Below are positions 47,760-56,566 of a DNA stretch of 64,000 bases, piece by piece; the first letter of the stretch is position 1; each line of letters begins with the position of its first letter. Position numbers and translations under genes: made by a program. The notes under the pieces are model-generated. The model was not told the DNA's origin, searched no databases, and worked only from the letters and a program-made list of their open reading frames with translations. This DNA comes from Candidatus Latescibacterota bacterium. Its GTDB lineage: Bacteria; Latescibacterota; UBA2968; UBA8231. The stretch is taken from NCBI GenBank assembly GCA_965203355.1, contig OZ241889.1, forward strand, positions 704,001-768,000, read 5' to 3'.

Positions 47760-48737
47760 TTAGCGGATGGCGATCGGTCGCCCCGGAGATCCCGTGCCGC
47801 CTTTGAAGCGGGTCGGCGTGAATATAAAGAGGAACTCGTACACTTCGTCGGCCAACACTTCTTCAAAAACCATGTTCTCCAGGTTGAAGATGCCATTTTT
47901 GGTGATGAGTTCCTGATGGACTGGGAAAGCCTGCTTGGGGTCGGGGCCGGGCACGACTTCGGTGGTCCATTGGTCCGAGCCGATCATAGAGGGTTTCATG
48001 GAGACGATCCACTCGCTCGCCTCCATGCCGATGCCGGGCGGATTGGTGTTGTAGGTCTCCGGGTCCTTCCACAGCTTGGACCAGCCATAGTTGAACAGCA
48101 GGGCGTCGCCTTCTTGGATGCTACTTTCGTCGATCCCCTGCCTTGCGAGTGCGCCGCGAATATCGGCGATTGTGACCTCGTAGCTGTGGTCGAGGTGCGC
48201 GACGCCCTTATAGCCGGCAATGTCGATGAGTACGCCGCGGGTGACAAAAGAGCGCACGTGTTCAATGCCCAGCTTGGTGACGCCGTAAGCTCCAGCCATT
48301 TCATCGGCAGTAACACCGTTGTAGAACACATCTTGAGTCGAGCCGTCGGCCATGACCATGCGCGTGCCGATGTGGGACAGCCCATCGAACTGAGTGCCTA
48401 CTTGGCCGATCTCGGCGCAGAGGAACTCGTCGTGGTACATCAGCATATTGTTCTCGCCAAAGGGGCCACCGGTGGGCGAGCCGGGGATGAACATCGCATA
48501 GGTGCGCTCGCCAAACAACGGCATACCGCGCTCGTAGATCTGGCCCAACTCGTACATCTTGCCGGTTTTGACTAGCTGCACGGCCTTGAGGATGGTTTCG
48601 GCCGTGATGCGGTTGGACGCGCCGGCTTGGTCATCGGCGCCCCACGGCGAGGGCCACCAAGGCCCTTGTGCGCGGGTCTGGGCAAGGCACGGCAGGGACA
48701 AGGCGAGCACGAGGATCGCCGAAGTGAGCGATTTCAT
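47760..48737 (-). CDS. Exported cyclase/kynurenine-formamidase family metal hydrolase
   Basis: Signal peptide; WGADDQAGASN, QVGTQFDGLSH, TRGVLID, GIFNLENM, GTGSPGRPIAI. Confidence 0.9.
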   Translation of the reverse strand: MKSLTSAILVLALSLPCLAQTRAQGPWWPSPWGADDQAGASNRITAETILKAVQLVKTGKMYELGQIYERGMPLFGERTYAMFIPGSPTGGPFGENNMLMYHDEFLCAEIGQVGTQFDGLSHIGTRMVMADGSTQDVFYNGVTADEMAGAYGVTKLGIEHVRSFVTRGVLIDIAGYKGVAHLDHSYEVTIADIRGALARQGIDESSIQEGDALLFNYGWSKLWKDPETYNTNPPGIGMEASEWIVSMKPSMIGSDQWTTEVVPGPDPKQAFPVHQELITKNGIFNLENMVFEEVLADEVYEFLFIFTPTRFKGGTGSPGRPIAIR

Positions 48738-48809
48738 GGGTTTCTCCTTGATAAAGAGGTCGCGGAAATCACCGCGATGGTATAAGGAAATTGCGGCCCT
48801 GAATCAAGC

Positions 48810-49262
48810 TCAGACGAACTTGACTACCACCAAGAGTACAACGGCGATCACCAGCACGGTGGGCACTTCGTTGAGAATGCGGAAAAACTGTTCGCTCTTT
48901 TGGTTTTCGCCGCGTGCAAAAGCCTTGCGGTAGGAAGAGAGCATACCGTGGATGGCTGCCATGACGAGCACTAGCCCTAATTTGATGTGCATCCAGTAGC
49001 CGGTACCAGGTGCGCCAGCACCCGTGGCGAGAATGAGCAAGATGCCGGTAACAAAAGAAACGATCATCGCCGGATTCATAATGATCCGCAGCAGTTTGCG
49101 CTCCATGACTTTGAAGGTCTCGTCGGCTTCGGAGTTAGGGGTGACTTGACAGTGATAGACATAGAGGCGCGGCAGATAGAACATGCCGACCATCCAAGCG
49201 ATGACGAAGATGACGTGGATAGCTTTGAGCCACAGATAGTATTCGCTTGCAAATGCACTCAT
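48810..49262 (-). CDS. hemJ: Protoporphyrinogen oxidase HemJ
   Basis: LWLKAIHVIFVIAW, YLPRLYVYH, MERKL...IMNPAM, FFRILNEVP. Confidence 0.94.
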   Translation of the reverse strand: MSAFASEYYLWLKAIHVIFVIAWMVGMFYLPRLYVYHCQVTPNSEADETFKVMERKLLRIIMNPAMIVSFVTGILLILATGAGAPGTGYWMHIKLGLVLVMAAIHGMLSSYRKAFARGENQKSEQFFRILNEVPTVLVIAVVLLVVVKFV

Positions 49263-49276
49263 AGAGAGGACTCCGC

Positions 49277-49915
49277 TTAGGTGCGCGTCGTTGCCAGTGC
49301 TGCTTCGTGGAGGGCGTTGACTGTTTCGGCGTCTAGGTCCATGTCGATGTTGGGAACGGACTTGGCGCGACCGATGAAGAGCGTTGCGTAAAAGGTGCAA
49401 GCCGCTAGGTAAGACCCGGCGAGGTTGGGATGGCTTTGGTCCTTGTCGTGCAGGGCGATATCGGGATGCGCGGCTAGACAGTACTGCCAAGCTAGGCCCA
49501 CAGGCACGACGGTCGCGCCGATCGCACGCCCCACTTGGGTGTAGGTCTCGCTCAAGGCGGCTTGGGTTGCGGGAGCGTCTCGCCGCGCCCAGGTCATGTA
49601 GAGCACTGTCGGAGCTTGTGCTGCTTTAATTACGGCGTCGAACTCGCGGATGTTTTCTTCGGTGCGCTTGGGGTTTTTGATCGGCAGAGTGCTCTGCTCC
49701 TGCAACACGACGTAGTCCCAGCGAGAGGCCTGCAAGCACTCCCGTGCCTCGCCTTTGTTCAAGTGCATCCTGAGCGAGGCCCCGCCTGCGCTGATGAGTT
49801 CGCATTCCAACTCGCCCTTGCCGCCAGCGTGGACGAGTTGGGCGAGGAGGCCGGGCAGATTGTTGCGCGCGGTGAAGCTGTTGCCTATGAAAAGGATGCG
49901 GGTGATATTGGCCAT
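49277..49915 (-). CDS. SGNH/GDSL hydrolase family protein
   Basis: RILFIGNSFT, WDYVVLQEQS, DQSHPNLAGSYLAA. Confidence 0.88.
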   Translation of the reverse strand: MANITRILFIGNSFTARNNLPGLLAQLVHAGGKGELECELISAGGASLRMHLNKGEARECLQASRWDYVVLQEQSTLPIKNPKRTEENIREFDAVIKAAQAPTVLYMTWARRDAPATQAALSETYTQVGRAIGATVVPVGLAWQYCLAAHPDIALHDKDQSHPNLAGSYLAACTFYATLFIGRAKSVPNIDMDLDAETVNALHEAALATTRT

Positions 49916-50010
49916 GGTCCGTCTTCTGCTTGAGTTGAGTTGACGCTTGCTCAACATAAACACCGCTTCGCCTCGGGCCAAGTTGCTAGCCCGATGACGC
50001 GCCAGACCTA

Positions 50011-50793
50011 ATGGGAGAACTTCAGATGGGACAAACTATCGAGCAGTACGAGCGAGACGGGTACTGTATCGCGGATGAGCAGATCGCGCCAGACGATGCG
50101 TTGGCAAAAGCGTTGCGGGGAATGGTAGCCGTGCGAGATGGAAAATTTGATATGGAGCTGCCGCCGACCGAGCATCCTGGGTATGATCCAGACGCGTTGT
50201 GCAAGATCAACAATCCGCATCGGTCGGATACGGGACTCTACGGATTGGTGACCTGCCCACAAGTGGGACGCAAGGTCGCCGAGATAACGGGCGCCCAGCG
50301 GGTGCAAGTGTGGGCGAGCCAGTTGCTGATCAAACCGCCCGGGTCTGCGGCCGCAGGGCACGTCGGCTGGCACCAAGACCGGCAGTACTGGGGCATGTGG
50401 CAGCAAGACGAAGGGCTTTTTACGGCGTGGATCGCGCTGTGCGATGTGGGAGAGGCGTCGGGGCCGATGCGCTTTGTGCGCGGGTCGCACCGTTGGGGCT
50501 TTTTGAATCAGGGCAATTTCTTCGACAAGGACCAGCACAAGCTGCGCCAAGACATCGCACGGCCGGCGGGCGAGGCTTGGGAGGAAGTGGCGGCACTGAT
50601 GCCCTTGGGCGGGCTTAGCGTCCACCACTGCCTGACCTACCACGGATCCAACGCCAATGTCTCGGATGCGGCGCGCTGGAGCTTGGCCGTGCATTTGCGC
50701 GACGAGAGGGCCGTGCCAGTGCCCGGCGATCAGAGTTATTACACCGCGCATTTGGACGATCCTCAAATTTGCCCCGTGATGTACGAAGCCTAA
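50011..50793 (+). CDS. PhyH family dioxygenase
   Basis: YERDGY, VGWHQD, GPMRFVRGSH, TYHGSNAN...R. Confidence 0.9.
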   Translation: MGELQMGQTIEQYERDGYCIADEQIAPDDALAKALRGMVAVRDGKFDMELPPTEHPGYDPDALCKINNPHRSDTGLYGLVTCPQVGRKVAEITGAQRVQVWASQLLIKPPGSAAAGHVGWHQDRQYWGMWQQDEGLFTAWIALCDVGEASGPMRFVRGSHRWGFLNQGNFFDKDQHKLRQDIARPAGEAWEEVAALMPLGGLSVHHCLTYHGSNANVSDAARWSLAVHLRDERAVPVPGDQSYYTAHLDDPQICPVMYEA

Positions 50794-50990
50794 TCACAAC
50801 AAGGGAATTGGGGGCACTCCTTCCCCGCCCTTCGGGAGGCTGCCCGAGGTTCGGACGGCTTCTAAGGCAGGGCTTTGAGGAGGCGATCGATATCCTCGGT
50901 GTAAAATTCTGATGGCGACGAGTTCGACGAGGGGCGGGCGATGGGTGTTTGGCGGGATGTCGGAACGCTCTTCTTGGCCGCTCTCAGTCG

Positions 50991-52124
50991 CTAAGACGTC
51001 CTCAGCCTCTCGACCACTTCTTCATCCACCTCAATCCCCAATCCCGGTCCGGTCGGTACGCGCACAAAGCTATCCTCTTGGTCAAAGGCCATCGCGCATA
51101 GCTCTTGGCGGATGGCGCTCGGCGTGCGGTCAAATTCCATCACCGGCTCCTGCATATAGGGCTGGGTGTTGTGCGCTGGCGGACAGGGCGGCAAGGTGGC
51201 GGCTAGGTGCAAAGTGGCGGCGATCATAACGGGCGATCCCCAGACGTGGGGGTTGACCTGAATGCCGCAGGCGTTGGCCATGGCGCAGATGCGCTGCATT
51301 TCAGTGATGCCGCCGCAGTGCATGATGTCGGGCTGGACGATGTCGTAGGCGCGTCGCGTCAGATAGGGCTTGAATTCGTAGCGGGTGCGCAGGTTTTCGC
51401 CGCCGGCGATGGCCATGGGCAATGCGGCTTTGACCTCCAAATAGGCGTCCAAGTCTTGGGCGTTGACTGGCTCTTCAAACCACACCAGATCCAGTTCGGC
51501 CAGCTTCTGGCCAATGCGGGTCGCCGTGGTGGCGTTGTAGGCTTCGTTGGCATCGACCATGAGGTGGATGTCCGGGCCAATGGCCTCGCGCAGGGCGCGG
51601 ACGCGTGCGACATCCTCGGCCATGGACAGCCTCCCGATCTTGGTCTTCATCCCCTTGAAGCCGGCGGCCACATAGCCTCGCGCCTCGTTGAGTAGGCGGT
51701 CGGGAAACTCGCCTTCGGTATAGTAGAGGCCGGTGGCATAGACAGCGACTTTATCGCGGACCTTGCCGCCGAGGAGCGAGCAGACCGGCAGGCCAGTAGC
51801 TTTGCCCGCGAGATCCCAAAGAGCAATGTCGAGCGCGGAAAGGGCACTGCCGGCTAGGCCGACCGCGTTGTTGCCATTGTAGAGCGCGTGGAACATGCGC
51901 TCCCACAGACCTGCGCGGTCCATGGGGTCTTGGCCGATGAGCAGCGGGGCGAGCAAGCCGTCAATGAGACCGGCCGCCGCGCCTTCGCCCCAGCCGACGA
52001 GCCCGTCGTCCGTGGAGACTTTGACGAGCGTGGTGACGCGCTGATCAACCCAGCCTTGGGACCAGCCAAAGGGGTGCTCAAGGGGACAGGTCAGGTCGAA
52101 GGTTTCAATCGCGGCGATTTTCAT
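50991..52124 (-). CDS. Mandelate racemase/muconate lactonizing (enolase superfamily) enzyme
   Basis: GWGE, DIALWDL.GK, KTKIG, MVDAN, WFEEP, GGEN, PHVW, GPGLG. Confidence 0.92.
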   Translation of the reverse strand: MKIAAIETFDLTCPLEHPFGWSQGWVDQRVTTLVKVSTDDGLVGWGEGAAAGLIDGLLAPLLIGQDPMDRAGLWERMFHALYNGNNAVGLAGSALSALDIALWDLAGKATGLPVCSLLGGKVRDKVAVYATGLYYTEGEFPDRLLNEARGYVAAGFKGMKTKIGRLSMAEDVARVRALREAIGPDIHLMVDANEAYNATTATRIGQKLAELDLVWFEEPVNAQDLDAYLEVKAALPMAIAGGENLRTRYEFKPYLTRRAYDIVQPDIMHCGGITEMQRICAMANACGIQVNPHVWGSPVMIAATLHLAATLPPCPPAHNTQPYMQEPVMEFDRTPSAIRQELCAMAFDQEDSFVRVPTGPGLGIEVDEEVVERLRTS

Positions 52125-52198
52125 AATTAGGACGCTAAGGTTGACAGTGGTGGTGGGGAAATATAGGGTATTCAATTTGGCGGATAAAGGAGACGGAC

Positions 52199-53338
52199 AT
52201 GAAAATCACCGAGGTGAAATTGCTGGTGTTGGAAGACCCGAGCCGCAAGGAGCGCGTCGGTCACAGCATCGCGCAGGTAGAGGGCTTGCGGAGGATACAA
52301 TACACGCACAGAGGAAGGCCAAGTCAGGCATCGCGCCCGGCGCGGCAGAGCTTTTTGGAAGTCCACACGGACGAGGGCATTGTGGGGCGCAGCGACACAT
52401 CAATGACGCCCTATCAGGCCGACATCGTGCGCTATCACGCGGTGGGGCGGAGCCCGTGGGAGCGCGAGGGGTTGTTTCAGCAGTTTTGGAAGGGCACCCG
52501 GTGGGTGTACCAGCCCCCGGGGTGGTTTGGGGCGTTTGACAACGGTCTGTGGGACATTTTGGGCAAGGCCGCGGGGCTGCCGGTCTATGCGTTAGTGGGC
52601 CGCGTGCGGCCGCGCTTGCCTGTGTATTTGACCGGCGGCGATACGGACATAGAGGGATATCTCAGGGCCATAGAGACCGGCAAGGAAATGGGCATTGGCG
52701 CGTACAAGTTTCACACGTACAAAGGAGGCAAGGCCGATATTCCCATTTACAGAGCCGTGCGCGACGCCGTGGGGCCGGATTACGATTTGATCACCGATCC
52801 CGTATGTTCCTATGACTTGCGCGAGGCCATTGAAGTGGGGCGCGTGCTAGAAGAGCTGGATTTTGTGTGGTTGGAAGAGCCGATGCACGAGCAGAAGATG
52901 AATCAATATCAAGAGTTGTGCCGTGCGTTGACTATTCCGGTGATGGGGACCGAGATGCTAATGCACGACATCGGCTTGACGGCGCAATGGCTGATCCAAG
53001 GGGCGACTGATCGCCTGCGCGGCAATGCCCGGCACGGGACGACGCAGGTGCTAAAGCTGGCGCATCTAGCCGAGTTGCACGGCGTGCATATCGAACTGAA
53101 TGGCGGTGGGGCATTGGATGGGCTGGTCCACGCGCACTTGGGCTGCTGTATCGACAACACGGATTTCTACGAGTTTTTCGGGGCAACAGCCGACAGCTTG
53201 CGGCAGAGTGGAGAGCAGTGGGGTTTGCTCAACGCGCCCTTGATTGGCGAAGGGCACATCGCACCCCCGGATGGCCCAGGCTGGGGCGCGGAGTGGGACG
53301 AGGAGAAGTTCCGCTCGCTGGTAGTTGAAGAGCACTGA
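52199..53338 (+). CDS. Mandelate racemase/enolase superfamily enzyme
   Basis: DNGLWDILGK, YKFH, ITDP, WLEEPM, GPGWG. Confidence 0.88.
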   Translation: MKITEVKLLVLEDPSRKERVGHSIAQVEGLRRIQYTHRGRPSQASRPARQSFLEVHTDEGIVGRSDTSMTPYQADIVRYHAVGRSPWEREGLFQQFWKGTRWVYQPPGWFGAFDNGLWDILGKAAGLPVYALVGRVRPRLPVYLTGGDTDIEGYLRAIETGKEMGIGAYKFHTYKGGKADIPIYRAVRDAVGPDYDLITDPVCSYDLREAIEVGRVLEELDFVWLEEPMHEQKMNQYQELCRALTIPVMGTEMLMHDIGLTAQWLIQGATDRLRGNARHGTTQVLKLAHLAELHGVHIELNGGGALDGLVHAHLGCCIDNTDFYEFFGATADSLRQSGEQWGLLNAPLIGEGHIAPPDGPGWGAEWDEEKFRSLVVEEH

Positions 53339-53350
53339 GATGGAGGGCGC

Positions 53351-53562
53351 GTGAAAAGCTGGCAACCTACCCAAGCTCAAGTCCAATCTTGGGAGGAGAA
53401 GGGCTATTTCTCGCCGACCGCTCGCCGCGCACTTGGGGTAACTTCCATTGGGTGATGCGCCAAGGCACATTGTGCCAGAACTTCCCGCCGGACGAATGCG
53501 AAGTACACGGAGAAAACAAGTCGCCGCCCCCGCCGTTTCCGCGAGCCGATTCATGTTCGTAA
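53351..53562 (+). pseudogene. Collapsed PhyH-like gene remnant
   Basis: RBS GGAGG + GTG; N-terminus KSWQPTQAQVQSWEEKGYF (PhyH-like), then a frame change and a short C-terminal piece. Confidence 0.55.
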
Positions 53563-53583
53563 AGCCAAAAGGGATTGCACAAG

Positions 53584-53760
53584 ATGAGCAAAGCGTACGT
53601 AGTAGATAAAAACCTGGGGCAGTCGTTGCTGTTGGAGGAAGGCGACCTGCCGCAAAAAAACGCCGATGGCGAGTCGGCCGTCGTGCGGAGCGACGAGCAG
53701 AAATACCTCTTTGATGTTCACGAGTGGCTCTTGGTGCCTGAGCTGTTGGCCGGCCGATAG
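53584..53760 (+). pseudogene. Truncated PhyH-like gene (N-terminus only)
   Basis: Ends SDEQKYLFDVHEWLLVPELL then TAG; resembles a PhyH N-terminal EQKYxFDxxGxL motif; abuts uxuA. Confidence 0.55.
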
Positions 53761-54773
53761 ATGTGTATCCAAGACCAAGTCTCTATCGGCGAACTCGACG
53801 ACGAGCATCTGAGTTTCTTTCGCGCCATTGGCGTGGACTCGATCCATTTGGAGTTGCGCGGGGGAGCACCAGGGGCCGGGCGTCGGGGCGGTACCGGCTC
53901 GGCTAACACGTCGCTGGCACAGGATATAAAGGCCGGCAAGGACTGCACTGACGCATTGATGCAGGCGCGGGAAAAGGTCGAGGCGCACGGCATGACGCTG
54001 AACAACATCTTCATGCCCGCTTGGGAAGAGATCACTTTGGCCGAGGACGACATGGACGAGAAGATCGGCCAGTGGTGTAAGATGCTGGAGAGCGTGGGGC
54101 GAGCCGGCATCCCCTGCGTGGGCTGGAACTTCAAACCCATGGGCAACTTTCGCACCCCTGCGGCCACGGGTCGGGGCGGTGTGCAATACAGTGCGTTCGA
54201 CTACGCGGTTTTTGCTAAAAACCGGCCCGCACCGCGCGATCCTCCGGTAGATGAGGCGCAGATGTGGGCGCGGATGGAGCGATTCTTGGCGGCGGCGATC
54301 CCGGTGGCCGAAAAGGCGGGTGTGCGGATGGCCCTGCACCCGGACGACCCGCCGATTCCCGAGCCGCTAGGGGCGTAGCGCAGATTTGTTCGACCCTAGC
54401 TCAGTTCCGCAAGATCTTCTTTGAGATCGCGCCGAGCGATAGCAACTGTATGCTTTTTTGCCAAGGCTGCATGACCGAGTTGCTGGGGCCAGCAAAGATC
54501 TACGACGCGATCGCCGAGATGGCTGCAAAAGGCAAGATCGCGTGGGTGCATTTCCGCAATGTGCGCGGACAGTTGCCGCGATTCACCGAGGTGTTCGTGG
54601 ACGAGGGGGAAGTGGATATGCGGCGTGCGATGGAAGTATATCGGGATAACGGGTTTAATGGGCCGTATATGATGGACCACACGCCATCTTTTCCACATGG
54701 GTACGGGCCTTTGTACGGCAAGGCGTATGCGATTGGGTACATTCGGGCCTTGATCCAGATGGTGTACGGATAA
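53761..54773 (+). pseudogene. uxuA: Mannonate dehydratase (UxuA family), frameshifted at 54370-54373
   Basis: First ORF has [16 protein letters not shown]; second has FCQGC, WVHFRNVRG, FVDEG, DHTP and YAIGYIRAL; one extra G in the GGGG run joins them (EPLGGVAQI). Confidence 0.82.
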
Positions 54774-54797
54774 GCAGAGCGGCTTGGAGGAGAGGCT

Positions 54798-55658
54798 ATG
54801 CCAGTATTGAGCAAAGAAGATCGAGCCTTCTGGGAAGAGAACGGCTATGTGATCGTCCACAACGCCGTGCCCCAGGAAAATTTAGACGCGATGGTGGCGG
54901 CGATCTGGGAATTCTTAGAGATGGACCCAGCCTGCACAGAGGATTGGTACAAATACCAGCCCTATACCCGCGACAATCGGTGCTCGCCGATCTCTGCGGC
55001 GGGCATGGTCGAAATCTACCAGCACCAAGCCCTGTGGGACAATCGGCAGTACCCCAAGGTGCATCAGGCTTTTGCCGAGATCTGGGGCGACGAAAAGCTA
55101 TGGGTCTCACTGGACCGGGCCAATATGAAACCGCCAGCGCGTGCGGATCGGCCCGAATGGTGCAACAAGGGAATGATTCACTGGGATGTCGATACGACGC
55201 GGCAGCCGGTGCCCTTTGGGGTGCAAGGGGTGCTGTATTTGACGGATACGGCAGAAAACCAAGGCGGCTTCCAGTGCGTCCCCGGCTTTCACCGGATATT
55301 CGACGAATGGGTCAAGGCCCAGCCAGCGGACCGCAACCCGCGCCAACCCGATCTGACGGGACTAACGGTCGAGTCGATCGCGGGTCAGGCCGGAGACCTG
55401 CTGATCTGGCATCGGTTATTGGCCCACGGCAACGGCCACAATCGGTCCGACCGACCGCGCTTGGCGCAATATATCACCATGTCGCCAGCACCCGCGAACG
55501 GAGGAGCCGCGCGCCAAGAGCGGATCGCGGCTTGGCAGGAGCGGCGACCGACGCCTCGCTGGCCCGGCGATGCGCGGGATTGGGAACACCAGCACCAGCC
55601 GCCGGCCGAGTTGACCACTTTGGGACGGAAGCTCTTGGGAGTGGATTCGTGGGAATAA
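54798..55658 (+). CDS. PhyH family dioxygenase
   Basis: FWEENGY, IHWD, GGFQCVPGFH, AGDLLIWH..LAHGNGHN...PR. Confidence 0.9.
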   Translation: MPVLSKEDRAFWEENGYVIVHNAVPQENLDAMVAAIWEFLEMDPACTEDWYKYQPYTRDNRCSPISAAGMVEIYQHQALWDNRQYPKVHQAFAEIWGDEKLWVSLDRANMKPPARADRPEWCNKGMIHWDVDTTRQPVPFGVQGVLYLTDTAENQGGFQCVPGFHRIFDEWVKAQPADRNPRQPDLTGLTVESIAGQAGDLLIWHRLLAHGNGHNRSDRPRLAQYITMSPAPANGGAARQERIAAWQERRPTPRWPGDARDWEHQHQPPAELTTLGRKLLGVDSWE

Positions 55659-55683
55659 AACAGACCTTTTAAGGAGCGATTCG

Positions 55684-56565
55684 ATGAGTAAGAAAATCAA
55701 CCGCGCTGTCGAACTCCTCGCCGCCGATCAGCCGATCTACTACACAGGCGCCCACGCCGGACACGTGCTGACCTACGAGCAGGGCCAAGCGGACGCTGGA
55801 ACTTGGGCCGACTACATCAATGTCGGCATGGAACACGGCTCGTTCGACATGGCCGGGCTAGACGAGTACTTGCGCGGCTTAATATCCGGTGGGCCGACCC
55901 GCAGCGGGCACCGGACGCCGGCGATCATCGTCGAGGCCCCAGTCGAGGGCCGGTCCGAGGAGATCGTGCGCTACAACGCTTGGCAATTTCGGCAGATTTT
56001 GGGCCGGGGCGTGCATGGGATTCTGCTGTGTCAAGCCGAATCGGCCGGGGCGGTCCGAGCCTTTGTCGAGTCGTGCCGCTATCCGGTCAATACCATCGGC
56101 GTCGGCCATGGCTTAGGCCGCGGTACGCGCGGCGTTGGTTCAGAGGGCGTGTGTGCGGGCACGTGGGGCGCGAGCCGCGACGAGTATCTGGCCAAAGCCG
56201 ATCCTTGGCCGCTCAATCCAGAAGGCGAGTTGCTGTTAGGGCTGAAGATCGAGTCGGTGGCCGCCCTGCCCCACATTGAGGAAATCCTGTCCGTGCCGGG
56301 AATCGGCTTTGCCGAAATGGGCCCGGGCGACTTGAGCCTTTCGCTGGGGTATCGGGCGATGCCACAGCCGTGGCCCGAGCAGATGCAGGAGACGCATGAG
56401 CGGGTCAAAGCGGCGTGTCGGCAAAACGGCGTGGCTTTCTTAGATGGAGCCACGCCCGAAACGGTCGCTGAGAAAATTGACGCCGGGGTGCGCGTGCTTT
56501 CTGGGGGCCGCGAAGAAACGGCCCAAGTAGGAAGAGCGCACACTCGGCGAGCGATGCCGGCGTAA
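55684..56565 (+). CDS. HpcH/HpaI aldolase family protein
   Basis: MEHG, LKIES, GPGDLSLSLG. Confidence 0.85.
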   Translation: MSKKINRAVELLAADQPIYYTGAHAGHVLTYEQGQADAGTWADYINVGMEHGSFDMAGLDEYLRGLISGGPTRSGHRTPAIIVEAPVEGRSEEIVRYNAWQFRQILGRGVHGILLCQAESAGAVRAFVESCRYPVNTIGVGHGLGRGTRGVGSEGVCAGTWGASRDEYLAKADPWPLNPEGELLLGLKIESVAALPHIEEILSVPGIGFAEMGPGDLSLSLGYRAMPQPWPEQMQETHERVKAACRQNGVAFLDGATPETVAEKIDAGVRVLSGGREETAQVGRAHTRRAMPA

Positions 56566-56566
56566 C

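Noticed and set aside
47478-48575. 365-aa plus-strand ORF crossing the MITE (possible transposase)
   Set aside because: Antisense to the cyclase gene, with no DDE or HTH features
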